A DNA stretch of 64,000 bases, from assembly GCF_001194135.2 (NCBI RefSeq), contig NC_068998.1, positions 51,252,209-51,316,208 of the forward strand. The letters are read 5' to 3'. Source of the DNA: Octopus bimaculoides (Eukaryota). A program made the translations under genes and the position numbers. Below are positions 52,592-64,000 of the stretch, piece by piece. The notes under the pieces were generated by a model, which was not told the DNA's origin, did not search any database, and worked only from the letters and a program-made list of their open reading frames with translations. Within the stretch, counting starts at the first letter, position 1; each line of letters opens with the position of its first letter.

Positions 52592-52775
52592 GAAAAAGTG
52601 CTTAGCGGTATTGCGTCCGCCTTTACGTCCTGTGTTCAAATTCCGCCGAGGTCGGTTTTGCTTTTCATCCTTTCTGCGTGGATAAATTAAGTACCCGTCA
52701 TGTACTGGGGTCTATGTAATCGACTCACTCGCTTCCCACAAAATCTATGCCTTTAATCCTTTAGTAAAAAGGATT
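52592..52775 (+). mobile_element. SINE family A, 5'-truncated, abutting the RLE-LINE remnant
   Basis: GCTTAGCGGTATT...GTTCAAATTCCGCCGAGGTCGGTTTTGCTTTTCATCC...GATAAATTAAGTACC...GGATTATT. Confidence 0.85.
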
Positions 52776-52879
52776 ATTGTTATTATTTCATATGCCTTTC
52801 ACATAAACATCAACTTACATGACATTATCATTTGTCACGTTACTGAAAATTATATCCAAAACTGCATCTCTATCAATAA

Positions 52880-53184
52880 TGACTTCTTTATTTTCCCGCC
52901 TCTTTCTTTCATTTGTTTCTTTTTGATCCCCTCTCTTTTTTTCTCTTCGCTTATATCTGTCCCTTTCGTTATGCACATAGTTCTCTCTGACTCTCTCTCT
53001 TTCTCTCTCACTAGCTCTCTTTCTGTCACTAACACTCTCCTTTTTATTCCTCTAAACTACGTTTCTTTATCTTTTTTGCTTTCGTCTCTTTTTATTCGTC
53101 CACCATTCTTTTTTCTCGAGGCTTTTCGCACTTTCATTTATGTAACCTTTTTCTCTTATCTCAACTCATCTCTCCCTCTCTCGT

Positions 53185-53243
<59 letters not shown>

Positions 53244-53368
53244 TTTACCTCTTCCTTTTCTCTCCGCTTATATGATCTACTTTGTTTTTATTCTTTTTAT
53301 TTTTTCTTTCCATTTATCTTAGCTCTCGCTTTCTTTCTCTCTTTCTTTCCCTCTTTCTCTCACTCTTA

Positions 53369-53400
<32 letters not shown>

Positions 53401-53860
53401 TTCCTTCCCTCTCTCTCTTTCTCTCTCTCTCTCAATTTTCCCATTGTTTCCTCAATTCTCTCTCATTTTTCTCTGGCCTTCCAACTTTCCCATCTTCTCT
53501 CTTATTATTTCATCTTTCTCTCTCTTTCTTATTTCCTCCTTCTCTTCCATCCTTTGATTTTTCCGTTTGCTTTTTTCTCCTTCACTATGTACACAATCTA
53601 TTTTATCTATTTTACTCCTCCTTCCTATCTCAATTTCCTATTTTCACTCCTCATATATCATACACCTCTCTCTCATACATACTTTCTGTCTTTCTTTCTC
53701 TTTCCCTCTCTCTCTCACTCACTCTCACTTTCCATTTCTTTCTCTTTTCCGTCTGTTGCCTTCTATCTTCTCATTCCTTTTCCCCCGCCTTACCTGATAT
53801 ATATCTCTTCCTCATTCTAACTCTCCACCTCTCTCTTATTCTAGTTCATCTTCCTCCATT
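52880..53860. repeat. About 1-kb pyrimidine-rich (CT/CTT/CTTT) low-complexity tract
   Basis: Direct inspection; explains the 326-aa S/L/F ORF. Confidence 0.9.
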
Positions 53861-54516
53861 CTCAAAAAAGAAAACCAACAGCAAATACTTCAACAGAGCT
53901 TAATATGCGTTTCCATATTCTAAGAAATTTTTCCCTTATTAATTCATATTCTTTATCTCATATGCTTCTCTACATTTGATATTCTTGCTTCGACTGAAGC
54001 AATATTACCAAGATTTCTTTACAAATTGCATTCCATAATTATTTTAAGTATGAACATTCTTTCTTCTTATTTCCTATTTCCTTTTTTTTTTTTCAAAATT
54101 TTAAAATTATTCTTGTAACATACTTATTTATTTGACTCTCATTTCTATTTCCATCAACTCAAGTTCTGAAATGCAACTGCTGCCTAAAATGTCTTCATTT
54201 TCGGTCTCAATTTACATTAGAATAAGCAAACAGTGTATCCCTTAAAAAGACAACGGTGAATACGTTCCAAATTTAAGGAAACGCTGAGAAACATAATGTT
54301 ATATTATGTATGATGAGGAATTTCTTCAGGTCTCACAAAATATTCTATGGCTGGATTATGATTAAGCAGGCATTAATCATACAGTCTATCAAATTAAAAA
54401 CAAAAACAAAGTATACTTTGGATAAGATAGTCTTGTATTTTCTTAAATACAAAATAATCATAGATTGACTGTTTATCATCAGAGGATTGCTCTCTGTCTC
54501 TCTCCCCGCCTCTCTA

Positions 54517-54577
<61 letters not shown>

Positions 54578-54725
54578 TTCGATCATGATCGATCGAGGAT
54601 TAGGTAATAGTCAGGTAATGAAGCCACCAGTTCTGCTAGTGTTATTTCAAATCATGCAGTTTGAATGCGCTTCGTTATGTATCACTACAGGAAAAATTGA
54701 ACGTCACCCATTTATATTCCTCATT

Positions 54726-55167
54726 GGGATCTTTTTTAAAACGGGGGCCACATTTTTCATTAAAGAAACACTTTGAAACTTGGATCACTGGTAGAATGTG
54801 TCATATAAAACATCTTTTTCTCNNNNNNNNNNNNNNNNNNNNTGAAACAATTAACTCTAACCCTAACCCTAGGGTTAGAGTTAGGGTTAGGGTTGAAGCA
54901 AATTTAAAATGAAAAAAGCAAATAAAACGAAGAATCGTTTGTTTATGTAGTCGGCACTTAATGTATATCGGCTGAATGGACGTCAGTGATTGGTTGAAAT
55001 TATCGAAATAAGACAATTTTTTACATGAAATAAATTCGAATACAAAAATATTTTTCTGTTCTATAACACAAAATAGATAAGTATACGAAGTTTGAAAGTC
55101 TTTCGGAGCCAAAAGCACTACGTAAAACATTAATGAAAAATGTGGGCCCCGTTTTAAAAAAGATCCC
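54726..55167. mobile_element. Non-autonomous DNA transposon (MITE) with 38-bp TIRs, 6-bp TSD and an internal telomeric-repeat palindrome
   Basis: TIR GGGATCTTTTTTAAAACGGGG(G/C)CCACATTTTTCATTAA at 54726-54763 and 55130-55167 (37/38); CTCATT at 54720-54725 and 55168-55173; TAACTCTAACCCTAACCCTAGGGTTAGAGTTAGGGTTAGGGTT at 54852-54894. Confidence 0.9.
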
Positions 55168-55547
55168 CTCATTGTATATTCGAGCAAACAAGCAGAGAAT
55201 ATTTTCCAGATGTTTCGATGTCACCCCCCTAAAAACTTTAACCAACCTCACGTACATCACAGACTGTCCTTCAAATAAGCCGATTTATACAAATCGCCTG
55301 TGATTAAGAATTCTAATGATTTTATATATTGGCACTAGAAGAGTTCACTAGAGGTTAAACAGCTAAACCAACAAAGAATTTCGCATTGTTCTGTGAAGAC
55401 AGCAATTACATCGCCAAAGAAATTTTCTAGTCGTTCAATAAATAAGTCTATATTCAGTTTAAGTTTATTTTTAGTAGTGTCACACTTTGCTACAACAACA
55501 GCAAAGCGATCATTGACATGATGGCCCCGTAACTATTCGAAAGTTCA

Positions 55548-55589
<42 letters not shown>

Positions 55590-55593
<4 letters not shown>

Positions 55594-55810
55594 AAAGGAT
55601 GCTGAAATGTCCCTGGCTTTGAGGGCATCGCGAAAGGCCTGGCTGGAAAACCAATACACCGAGTTTTAGTACAGGGCGTAGAAAACTGAGGGACCACTGA
55701 AGCAAGTGTTTGAATCTGAGAAGGGTTTATGTCGAATAAAATCATAATTAACTGACCCTCATTTATTTTATTTTCACCAACGCCAGGAACCTATCAGCAC
55801 CCACCTCATA
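55590..55810 (+). mobile_element. Mariner-derived MITE, copy 2 (more degenerate)
   Basis: Same internal sequence as 15380-15598 (GAGGGCATCGCGAAAGGCCTGGCTGGA...ACAGGGC.TAGAAAA...GAATCTGAGA...GAATAAAATC); ends GCCAGGAACCTATCAGCACCCACCTCA|TA. Confidence 0.8.
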
Positions 55811-55814
55811 TATG

Positions 55815-55849
<35 letters not shown>

Positions 55850-55852
<3 letters not shown>

Positions 55853-55970
55853 GACGGACAACGTTCTTTCAGTTTCTGTTTACCAAGCAGAAGACACCTG
55901 CACAAGATGCAACGCCGTGGCATTGAACTCGGAACCATGTGGATTGGAAGCAAACTTCTTACCACAGAAG
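55850..55970 (-). mobile_element. SINE family B, 5' part with internal deletion
   Basis: ACGACGGACAACGTTCTTTCAGTTTCTGTTTACCAAG-CAGAAGACAC...GAACTCGGAACCATGTGGATTGGAAGCAAACTTCTTACCAC. Confidence 0.75.
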
Positions 55971-57675
55971 TTTCCGTGCCATTATTACATTAATAAAAGA
56001 AAGGAAATATACATTGAATAATGTAGTCTGAGAGAAGCGAAGAGTAAAATGGCTGAATAGTCATGTAGAAGTAGTCTCAGATCATAGGTCTACTCGATCA
56101 CGTCTCACCTGTAAGTTAATCAATACTGTAAGCTAATCGATAGTTGTAACAACACTCACTGCCCTTTCACGAACTGTAGCCATTTTTATTAAGTTGTGTC
56201 CGTACAGAGTTATAATATATTATTGATTAAAAATAAAATGCGTGCTTTTTAAGCTATATACATACATACATACATAATATATACATACATACATACATAA
56301 TATAAACATAGATACATATACAGACACTCATACATACATATATACATGCAAACATACACACATACATAAATACATAGATCGTATAAGAATGTATAAAGAA
56401 TTATATGCTGTCTTATGACTTTTGTTACGCATGCGAACTACCGGTAATAAATTATTCTAATTTTGTAACCCTCATAATTTACATACATTATATATCTATA
56501 TTTATATATTTTTACTATATATATATGTGTGTGTGTGTGTGTATACAACCATATGTATGCAAACTTATATATCTATCTACACTTTACTCATACACAAATA
56601 CATGCAAACGGATATGTATATATATATATATGCGTATCTACATACATACATACATACATATATAGACGCAGATCTGCGAGAGTGGAGCTTGTTATACCCC
56701 ATAATATCACAATGTCTGGCATAAGAATGTCTAATGGTTTCACGTAATTTCACCAGCTCAGTAAATTAGAAATATAATGGCCGCCAGTGCGGTTCGCAGA
56801 AGCAACTTAACAAGAGATTAGTGTTCCCGATAATAAACAATCAATTCGATACGGATAAAGATGGCTGCAAGTTTAACTGCCGTGATTTGAGACAACTGCA
56901 TGATGCCAATAAATATTTGGCTAATGATTTAAGGGTGTGGGTGTCTCAGAGTTATTACTCCAGACAATCGGAGATAGCGTTTGGATTTTGAGGATGTCCA
57001 ACAAATTGATTACTTTCTCTCTCTTTCTCTCTACGTTTGTGTGTGTGTGTGTGTGTGTGTGCATGTATGAGAGTGTGTGTGTGATGCCATGATAGTGACT
57101 GATTTGACTTTAATGAGGCAAGCTAATTCATTTTGATTGTGAGTCATAACGTTTGCTTCTATCTTCGCATTAAGTGATATACCCAATAAAGTTAACTGAA
57201 ACGTTATGTGGATGTTCATATTTAATGGTGCAGCGTCTCCATTTGGGGACGGAGCATTCATGAACCAATGAGAAACCTGGAAAAAAACATATGTATCGTG
57301 ACTCATATAGTATAATGAAATCTATATGGTCGCTCAATCAAGATAGAAATCATAGTTTAATATCCCTCAAATGATATCTTATCGTTTTAAAAGTGGTAAA
57401 CCATTATAGAATCTAGCCCTACGTACACATCTCATGTAAAAAATATTTGATGTTTTATTATCACTGGAATACTTTTGGTGATATATCTAGAGCATCATGG
57501 CAAAAGAGATAAATAACAGGAATACACTGTTTATTGAAGGGACCAATAGGATGGGTTTCAATGTGGGTGCTCAACCCGCTAGAGACAGCAACCAAATCAT
57601 CTTCAAATCGCATCCAAAGTTTGGGTAACACAGTTATGGAGCAACTATGCTATCACCGGTTGTCAAGCGTGGTGG

Positions 57676-57717
<42 letters not shown>

Positions 57718-58212
57718 TAGTATAAGTGATTGATATATCCAGGCAGATATCTACAAAGCTCTCTGTGTTAAACGAATTTGGTTTATTATACCAAACATTG
57801 CATCAATTTTAGGACAGAATAGTATCCTCGGTTACAATGACCTCACTTCGTGGTTGAAGGCTCTTTAAATATTAACCATTAATAAATGTAAATTATAACT
57901 TGGAAGAATTTCAATGCAGAGTGTAATTTAAGAATTAATCAAAATATATATATTTATACATATCGCTGAGCAATTCAGAAGACATGACCAAAATGTAAAA
58001 TATTTGAAAGTCTTATGTTTAAGAGCACTTGAAACAATGTAAACACGCTAGAAATATCCTTGTGGTGTTCAGAAAAAGTGTGGATTGAATCTCTTGATGG
58101 ACAGGTTTGACTGTGCGTTGACTGTCCGTCAGAGGAGACATACCTGATCTTCTATACATATAGTAGATAAAAAATTTATTAAAACCGTAGTGTATAGCTT
58201 TATTAGAATATT

Positions 58213-58441
58213 TATTTCTTTATTGTCCACAGGGGGATAAACATAGAGGGAACAAACAAGGACAGATACAGGGATTAAATCAATTATATAGACCCCAGTG
58301 GTAAGTGGTACTTATTTAATCGACCCCGAAAGGATGAAAGGCAAAGTCGAACTCGGCTGAATTTCAACTCAGAGCGTAACGGCTGACGAAATACCGTTAA
58401 TCATTTCGCCGGCGTGCTAACGACTCTGCCAGCTCACCGCC
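58213..58441 (-). mobile_element. SINE family A (long-tail variant) with 15-bp TSD
   Basis: CTTTATTAGAATATT at 58198-58212 and 58442-58456 flanks a full-length copy. Confidence 0.9.
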
Positions 58442-58709
58442 CTTTATTAGAATATTAAGAATTAACATTGATCATAATACGTGACACAGAATATTTTAGC
58501 ATCATCATAATCATCATCATCATCAAAAGGATTTGAAGCTGAGTTACTCATCACAGTTGCAAGTATTTAGCGTGTTCGCCGTTAGCGTCCGTTAATTTAA
58601 AATTTGAAATAATAAGATTTCTATTATCTTCTTAGATATAGTCTCTATTTAGCATAAATAGCTGCGTTCTGCAATGAAAATAACCAACAATGCAATTATA
58701 GGATTTCAT

Positions 58710-59110
58710 CATGTGGCGAGCTTGTTCAGCGGTTAGAAACATTTGCAAAACGGCTTACTATTTCTTCTGGCACTTTGCCTTTCATCTTTCTAGGATCGAT
58801 AAAATAAAGTGCCATTCAAACGCTGGGATCGATGTTCTAGTCTAATCCCCTTCTCTCAAAACTCTTTACCTTCTGTCTTTGAATCAAAATCCCTAATTAT
58901 AGGAATTTACTTAAAGTTTGTGGATTGATAGAATCATTAAGTTGTTGGACCTTAATCCCATTCTGTAATTCATCACCGCTCCTTACGTCCCAAGTTCAAA
59001 TCTCATGCGAAATCAGCTATGGCGTTCATCTTCCTAGGATCGATAAAATAAATCACGAATCAACTACTGAGTTTGAAATAATCAACTGATCCTTTGTCCT
59101 AAATTTATTT
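58710..59110 (+). mobile_element. Two degenerate SINE family A copies
   Basis: CTTTGCCTTTCATCTTTCTAGGATCGATAAAATAAAG and TTCATCTTCCTAGGATCGATAAAATAAA cores. Confidence 0.65.
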
Positions 59111-59279
59111 CAATAATCGATATTCTGGATATATGAAATCATTTTTCAAATAAATAATAAAACAATAATATTATAGAATTTCGAGGAAAAGGAATAGGAA
59201 ATTGAATACGGCGTCCTTTCTACGATTCGTAGATTAAAACTTAACGAATAAAAAACTCTATATGTTATTGTTTTTAACT

Positions 59280-59725
59280 CAGCAACGTTAGCACGCCTGG
59301 CGAAATGCATAGCTATATTTCGTCTGCCGCTACGTTCTGAGTTCAAATTCCGCCGAGGTCGACTTTTCCTTTTATCATTTCGGGGTCGATAAATTAAGTA
59401 CCAGTTACGCACTAGGGTCGGTATAATCGACTTAATCCATTTGTCTGTCCTTGTTTGTCCCCGCTGTGTGTAGCCCCTTGTGGGCAGTAACGAATTAAGA
59501 AACGTTAGCACGCCGGGCGAACTGCTTAGTGGTATTTCGTCTGCCGTTACGTTCCGAGTTCAAATTCCGCCGTGGCATTTCGTCATAGTTCAAGTTCCGC
59601 CGAGGACAACCTTTCCTTTAACCCGTTCGGGGTCGATGAAATAAGTTCCAGCTGGGCAACGGGCGCAATGTATTCGACTTCTCCCCTCTCCTGAAATTAC
59701 TGACATGGGGCCAACATTTTAAACC
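59280..59725 (+). mobile_element. Head-to-tail pair of SINE family A copies
   Basis: ACGTTAGCACGCC(T/G)GGCGAA... occurs at about 59285 and 59501; the first has the TTGTCTGTCCTTGTTTGTCCCC tail. Confidence 0.9.
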
Positions 59726-59749
59726 AATATAGACAAGAAGGCTTGGTAT

Positions 59750-60470
59750 TAGAAGATCGATAATCGATGATATCGATCATAACATTTGGCTGGGACTGTC
59801 TTTTACCGAAGTGATGAAAAACAAAGATCACCTCAGCTGGATTTCAAATCACAACATAAGTGAAGAAATATCACAAGTCAAGACAAAGTTTACCCTCGAC
59901 GAAAGAAATATCGCTAGTCACGTCAAAGATGACATTGATACGATTTGAACTCATAACGTAAAGTGTCGAAGGAAATATCGACAGGCAATTCTGTCCGACG
60001 CTCTATCACTTGTGCCATTTTATTATCTGGTGTACGCTATAACGGTTTCTGATTTAATCTCAAGTCCAGTAATTTCGAGGGGATGGGCTTTGTTGACTCT
60101 ACCGATTCCGGTACTTGACTGATAGTTAATTTCATCTATCCGGGAAGGATGGTTAGTAAAACTGACTTCAGAACAATTTGAACTCAGAGCGTAAAGACCC
60201 GGCATAATTTTTTTCTGGTGCTCAAACCACTCTGTTAATAAGACGTTATGTGTATTTGTTTGTAACATACGCACAGGGCCCAGGATTTCACGGGAGGGTA
60301 ATAGGCTGTGAAGTCGGTCCCAGTTCTAGGCTGATAAATTCTTCTATCAACCCCGGTGGATGGAAATACAAAGTTGACCAAGACGGGATTTGAACACGAA
60401 ACGTAGAGATGCACAACTAAATACAGCAAAGCATTTTGTTCGATATTCTGACGTGTCTGCCAGTTAACAA
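59750..60470 (-). mobile_element. Three degenerate SINE family A fragments
   Basis: Repeated (GA/AA)TTTGAAC(T/A)C motifs near 59943, 60177 and 60388 with partial cores. Confidence 0.55.
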
Positions 60471-60956
60471 TCCTCTCCATGATATAATTATAATAAAATT
60501 GCGACGGGTCGGCATAAGGTTATCATTAGTTCCGCTCCTGTTAAAATCCTGTGACAATTTTCCCCGCCAGGCACCAACGTTTTATAATACAAATTAATTA
60601 CTTGAGCTTACACTTAATTACTTAATTAAATCCAATCTCGAAGAATGATTGCGTATGTCTGTGTGTCTCTGTCTTTTATTTCATTCTTTTTCTTTCCCTT
60701 CTTTCGGTTTTCATTTACTCCTTTCTTTCTTTCGCTTTTTCTTCATTTATTACTTTCTTTCGCTTTTTCTTCATTTATTACTTTCTTTCCTTCTTTTTTC
60801 TTTCTTTCTTTCTTTCTTTTACCTGTCCCTGTTTCCGCTACACTCCCTCTATTTCTCTCATTATTTCTCTTTGTAATCGTATGCATGTTTATATATCATA
60901 TACATATACGAAAACGTGGTTATATTTATATAAACATTCGTATGCGTGTGTGTGTG

Positions 60957-61004
<48 letters not shown>

Positions 61005-61071
61005 ATACATACGTACATACATATATATGCTGAGAGAGGGGGAGAGAGAGAAATAGGGAGAGACATACATT

Positions 61072-61112
<41 letters not shown>

Positions 61113-61356
61113 GGAAAACAAGAAGAAAATCGAAAAGATCGACGGCGAGGTCTACAGCGTTTACGATCATGGCCATGATTACAGTCGTAGGCAAGATAAG
61201 TCAACATTATGAATAGCATTTACTAATTAGAATGTTTGCGTAAGGTGATTCAGTACTAATGAATAAATCTGTTGCCAAGTTACCCTGCTCTATCCATCTA
61301 TCTATCCATCTATCCATCTCTCTCTCTCTCCATATATATATATATATATATATATA

Positions 61357-61494
61357 TACTGCTGAGATTGTTGTCGGTTTATGCATTAAGTCTCGAATTA
61401 CGTCTTCCTTTATTTGGTGATTCCGAGTAGTCTCCAATCTCCGAACCTGGTGAAACCAGCTCCAAACCAGTTTACCATTTAGCTTAGTGATCAT
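61357..61494 (-). mobile_element. Possible pogo/Tigger transposase HTH remnant
   Basis: KLNGKLVWSWFHQVRRLETTRNHQIKEDVIRDL loosely fits the CENP-B/Tc5 HTH pattern L.K.L..WF...R....I....I.EKA; weak. Confidence 0.25.
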
Positions 61495-62782
61495 TTATAT
61501 AGCAATTCGCTTATAAGTGAACATCATAGATACATACATACAAGCATGCCTACATACACACATATATGTTTGCATACGTACTTGCATACATGCATATATG
61601 AGTGTGTATACATACGTATGTATGTGCGTGTGTGTGTATGTATATATATATTTATGTATGTATGTATGTATGCACGCATGCACACACACATTTGTAATTG
61701 ATGACGTAGAGGAGAACTGAGATTTATTCACATCCAAAACGACGACAATGAGTAGAAGAAAAGTTTGTTATTCGTGTTCAATGAATAAAGTGTAATGTTT
61801 CACTTTTTCACTTTCTCTTTCTATCTCTCTTTGTCTCTCTCTCTCTCTCACCCTAGAGTGTATATGTTTTGTGTATGTGTGTTTGCCGCCAGTGCCATGA
61901 AGCACTGTCGTCAAAACGGGTTCAACGTCCGGTCACCGGTGACATATCACCAGCGTCCAAACAGCTGCGCCACTCTTCTCATTCTAAATTTTATTTGACT
62001 TTCTAACGACTCTGCTATTTCGGTTCCAATGCATACACGCCAAAGTATACTAAGAACCGCAAAGAGCGACATTGTACATCCCTGAATCCTCAGTGTAGCT
62101 TAGATTTCCCATTGCAGATATCATTTCACAAACAGCATTTGTTTAAATGTAACAGAGAAGTGTGTGTGTGGGAGGGATCGATTTATTTCTGTTTAAATTA
62201 ATATGATAAACAAGTGATTTTATGCATTACATTTTTATACACATAATTCATATTCCATATTCCATATCTCTTCTATATCTATAGACATGCTGTTTCCGTA
62301 TCTTGTACGTCATCTGTATTGAGGAATAGAACGGTAGATTGTCGAGTAATTATATTCAAAAAGCTTAGTCGTGTAATTGTCATCATTTCCAAAAAGGCAG
62401 ACAGAGCTATAGAAAGAAAGAGAGATAAAGAAAAAAGAAAGAAAGAAAGAGAGTGAATAAATCACCAGTCTTTACGAGTGTTAGTTTACGTGTGTTCAGG
62501 TATGCGTCTTTACGCGTGTGTGTGCATGTGTGAGCGTGTATGTGCGTGTGTAAGTGTGTGTGTATGTGTGTGACCGTGTGTGTGCATATAGAAGCGTGTG
62601 TTACAAAATAGGTTATTGGTACTACAGATTTTCTAACGGTCCACTAATCGATAATCAACCAAGTCTCTCACTGATCATTACATCAGGTGAAACGTATCGA
62701 AATATAAAAATGATTGTCGTATGCCCCTTAACTCACAATACTTTTTTCAATACACGCAACTATTTATCGCCCTCTGTTGAGA

Positions 62783-62866
<84 letters not shown>

Positions 62867-62869
62867 GAA

Positions 62870-63288
62870 CCACTTCCCTCACTTTCAGCACCTCTCCTCA
62901 TCTACATAGCAGCACTCGACCCGGATTACCATTACATCTACCGACTCTACTTTCACGAATTTCACTGGATGTTTTCCTTGATATACATCACTCCAATCTA
63001 CCACGACTTCTGAACTTTTTCAACTTTATACACCCTACGTTAATACTTTGCCCTTTTCTCTCCTTTATTACATTTTTTTTCTTTTTACATTTTCCTTGTT
63101 TCTTCTTCCCTTCCTCCTTTTTTTTAATCTTTCTCCCTCCGTTTATTTTCTCATATTCTTTTCTGTTGAAGAGCGTAGGCTCGAAACGTAAAAGACTTTT
63201 TCATTTTCCCAAGCGTCAAACTAATACACTTGCTTGTGGTTCATACACCCGTCTTTATCTTTTGTTTCTCAATAAATTTCAACCATAT
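62870..63288 (+). mobile_element. Penelope-like element remnant with the best-preserved hammerhead-like motif (63159-63194)
   Basis: TTTT-CTGTTGA-A-GAGC-GTAG-GCTC-GAAA-CGT-A-AAAG; upstream 62956-63039 translates RISLDVFLDIHHSNLPRLLNFFNFIHPT, weakly like the PLE RT YxDD...FL..LN..HP region. Confidence 0.6.
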
Positions 63289-63839
63289 NNNNNNNNNNNN
63301 NNNNNNNNNNNNNNNNNNNNNNNNNNNNNNNNNNNNNNNNNNNNNNNATTACAGTGGAAAAGAGAAAGAGAGGAAGCAATCTCAAAATCCTTATAACTAA
63401 TTTTATACTCGCTACCTAATTTCCTGGGCGAGTGCAGCGTATTAATGTTCCTGAGTGTAATTTTAAGGTTTTAATTTTTTCTAAACGGCTGAGCTTTTAG
63501 TACCATTGAATCATAATTATGATTTTGTATTGAATAAATATTGGGAAAATGGTATTCCATAATTGAACGTGATACGTAAAAGTGTCACTACAATATGTTG
63601 GGAATAAGGTGTTTTAAGATATATTTGTGTATATGAGTGTGTCACACCACAGAGTGAGAGAAAGACAGAGAGAAGTGGAGAGAGCATGAGAGAGAGAGTG
63701 GAGCGTGTGTAGTTTGAAAGAGAACTGAAACTAATTGATTTGAGGGTAAAGCATTCAATGACTTTGGTTCATTTATGTGTGGAAATTAAATTCTGTATGA
63801 AAGGAGAAGATAAACAGGTTATATAGTTGCATATGGCTT

Positions 63840-63969
63840 AACAGGCGTGACTAAGTAGTAAAGAGCTTGCTTCCCAACCGTATGGTTCAGGAGTCAGTCC
63901 CGCTGCGTGGCACCTCGGGTAAGTGTTTTCTACCATAGCCTCGGACTGACAAACGCCTTGTGAGTGAAT

Positions 63970-63972
<3 letters not shown>
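63840..63972 (+). mobile_element. SINE family B, 5' part
   Basis: GGCGTGACTAAGTAGTAAAGAGCTTGCTTCCCAACC...CAGTCCCGCTGCGTGGCACCTCGGGTAAGTGTTTTCTACCATAGCCTCGG. Confidence 0.8.

Positions 63973-64000
<28 letters not shown>

Noticed and set aside
52923-53903. 326-aa S/L/F-rich ORF resembling a membrane protein
   Set aside because: Translation of a CT-rich low-complexity tract that lacks stop codons for compositional reasons.
54852-54894. Ancestral telomere-telomere fusion site
   Set aside because: The orientation is CCCTAA then TTAGGG, whereas a fusion gives TTAGGG then CCCTAA; the repeats are few and lie inside a TIR/TSD-bounded element.

Overview
AT-rich animal genomic DNA from a gapped draft assembly, with nine N-runs that mostly abut microsatellites. 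It is dense in (TA)n, (CA)n, (CT)n, (TAGA)n and trinucleotide repeats and carries about 35-40 copies or fragments of three tRNA-derived SINE families. The repeat landscape looks like an octopus (coleoid cephalopod) genome; this is an inference from recognising the SINE sequences, not a database result. I could not identify any protein-coding gene with confidence. Nearly all supplied ORFs are microsatellite or N-gap artefacts, and the window reads as intronic or intergenic with a few weak exon candidates. Recognisable transposon fossils: a CR1/L2-type LINE 3' end (2.7 kb), a Tc1 transposase N-terminus (12.1 kb), two copies of a mariner-derived MITE (15.4 and 55.6 kb), an RTE-like LINE 3' end (34.5 kb), a Tc1-type MITE (38.4 kb), mariner transposase remnants (39.7 and 49.3 kb) and a restriction-like-endonuclease LINE remnant (52.3 kb). 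The most interesting signals are non-coding. (1) Two repeat families carry minimal type-I hammerhead-ribozyme-like motifs of the kind known from Penelope-like elements; one has a non-canonical CUGUUGA core in all three intact copies. (2) An ungapped 86-bp hairpin at 44148-44324 has a G.U bias on the + strand. (3) A 442-bp element with 38-bp TIRs and a 6-bp TSD carries a palindrome of telomeric repeats. (4) A three-copy fold-back structure lies at 33.1-34.0 kb. SINE boundaries are approximate; all alignments and counts were done by hand.
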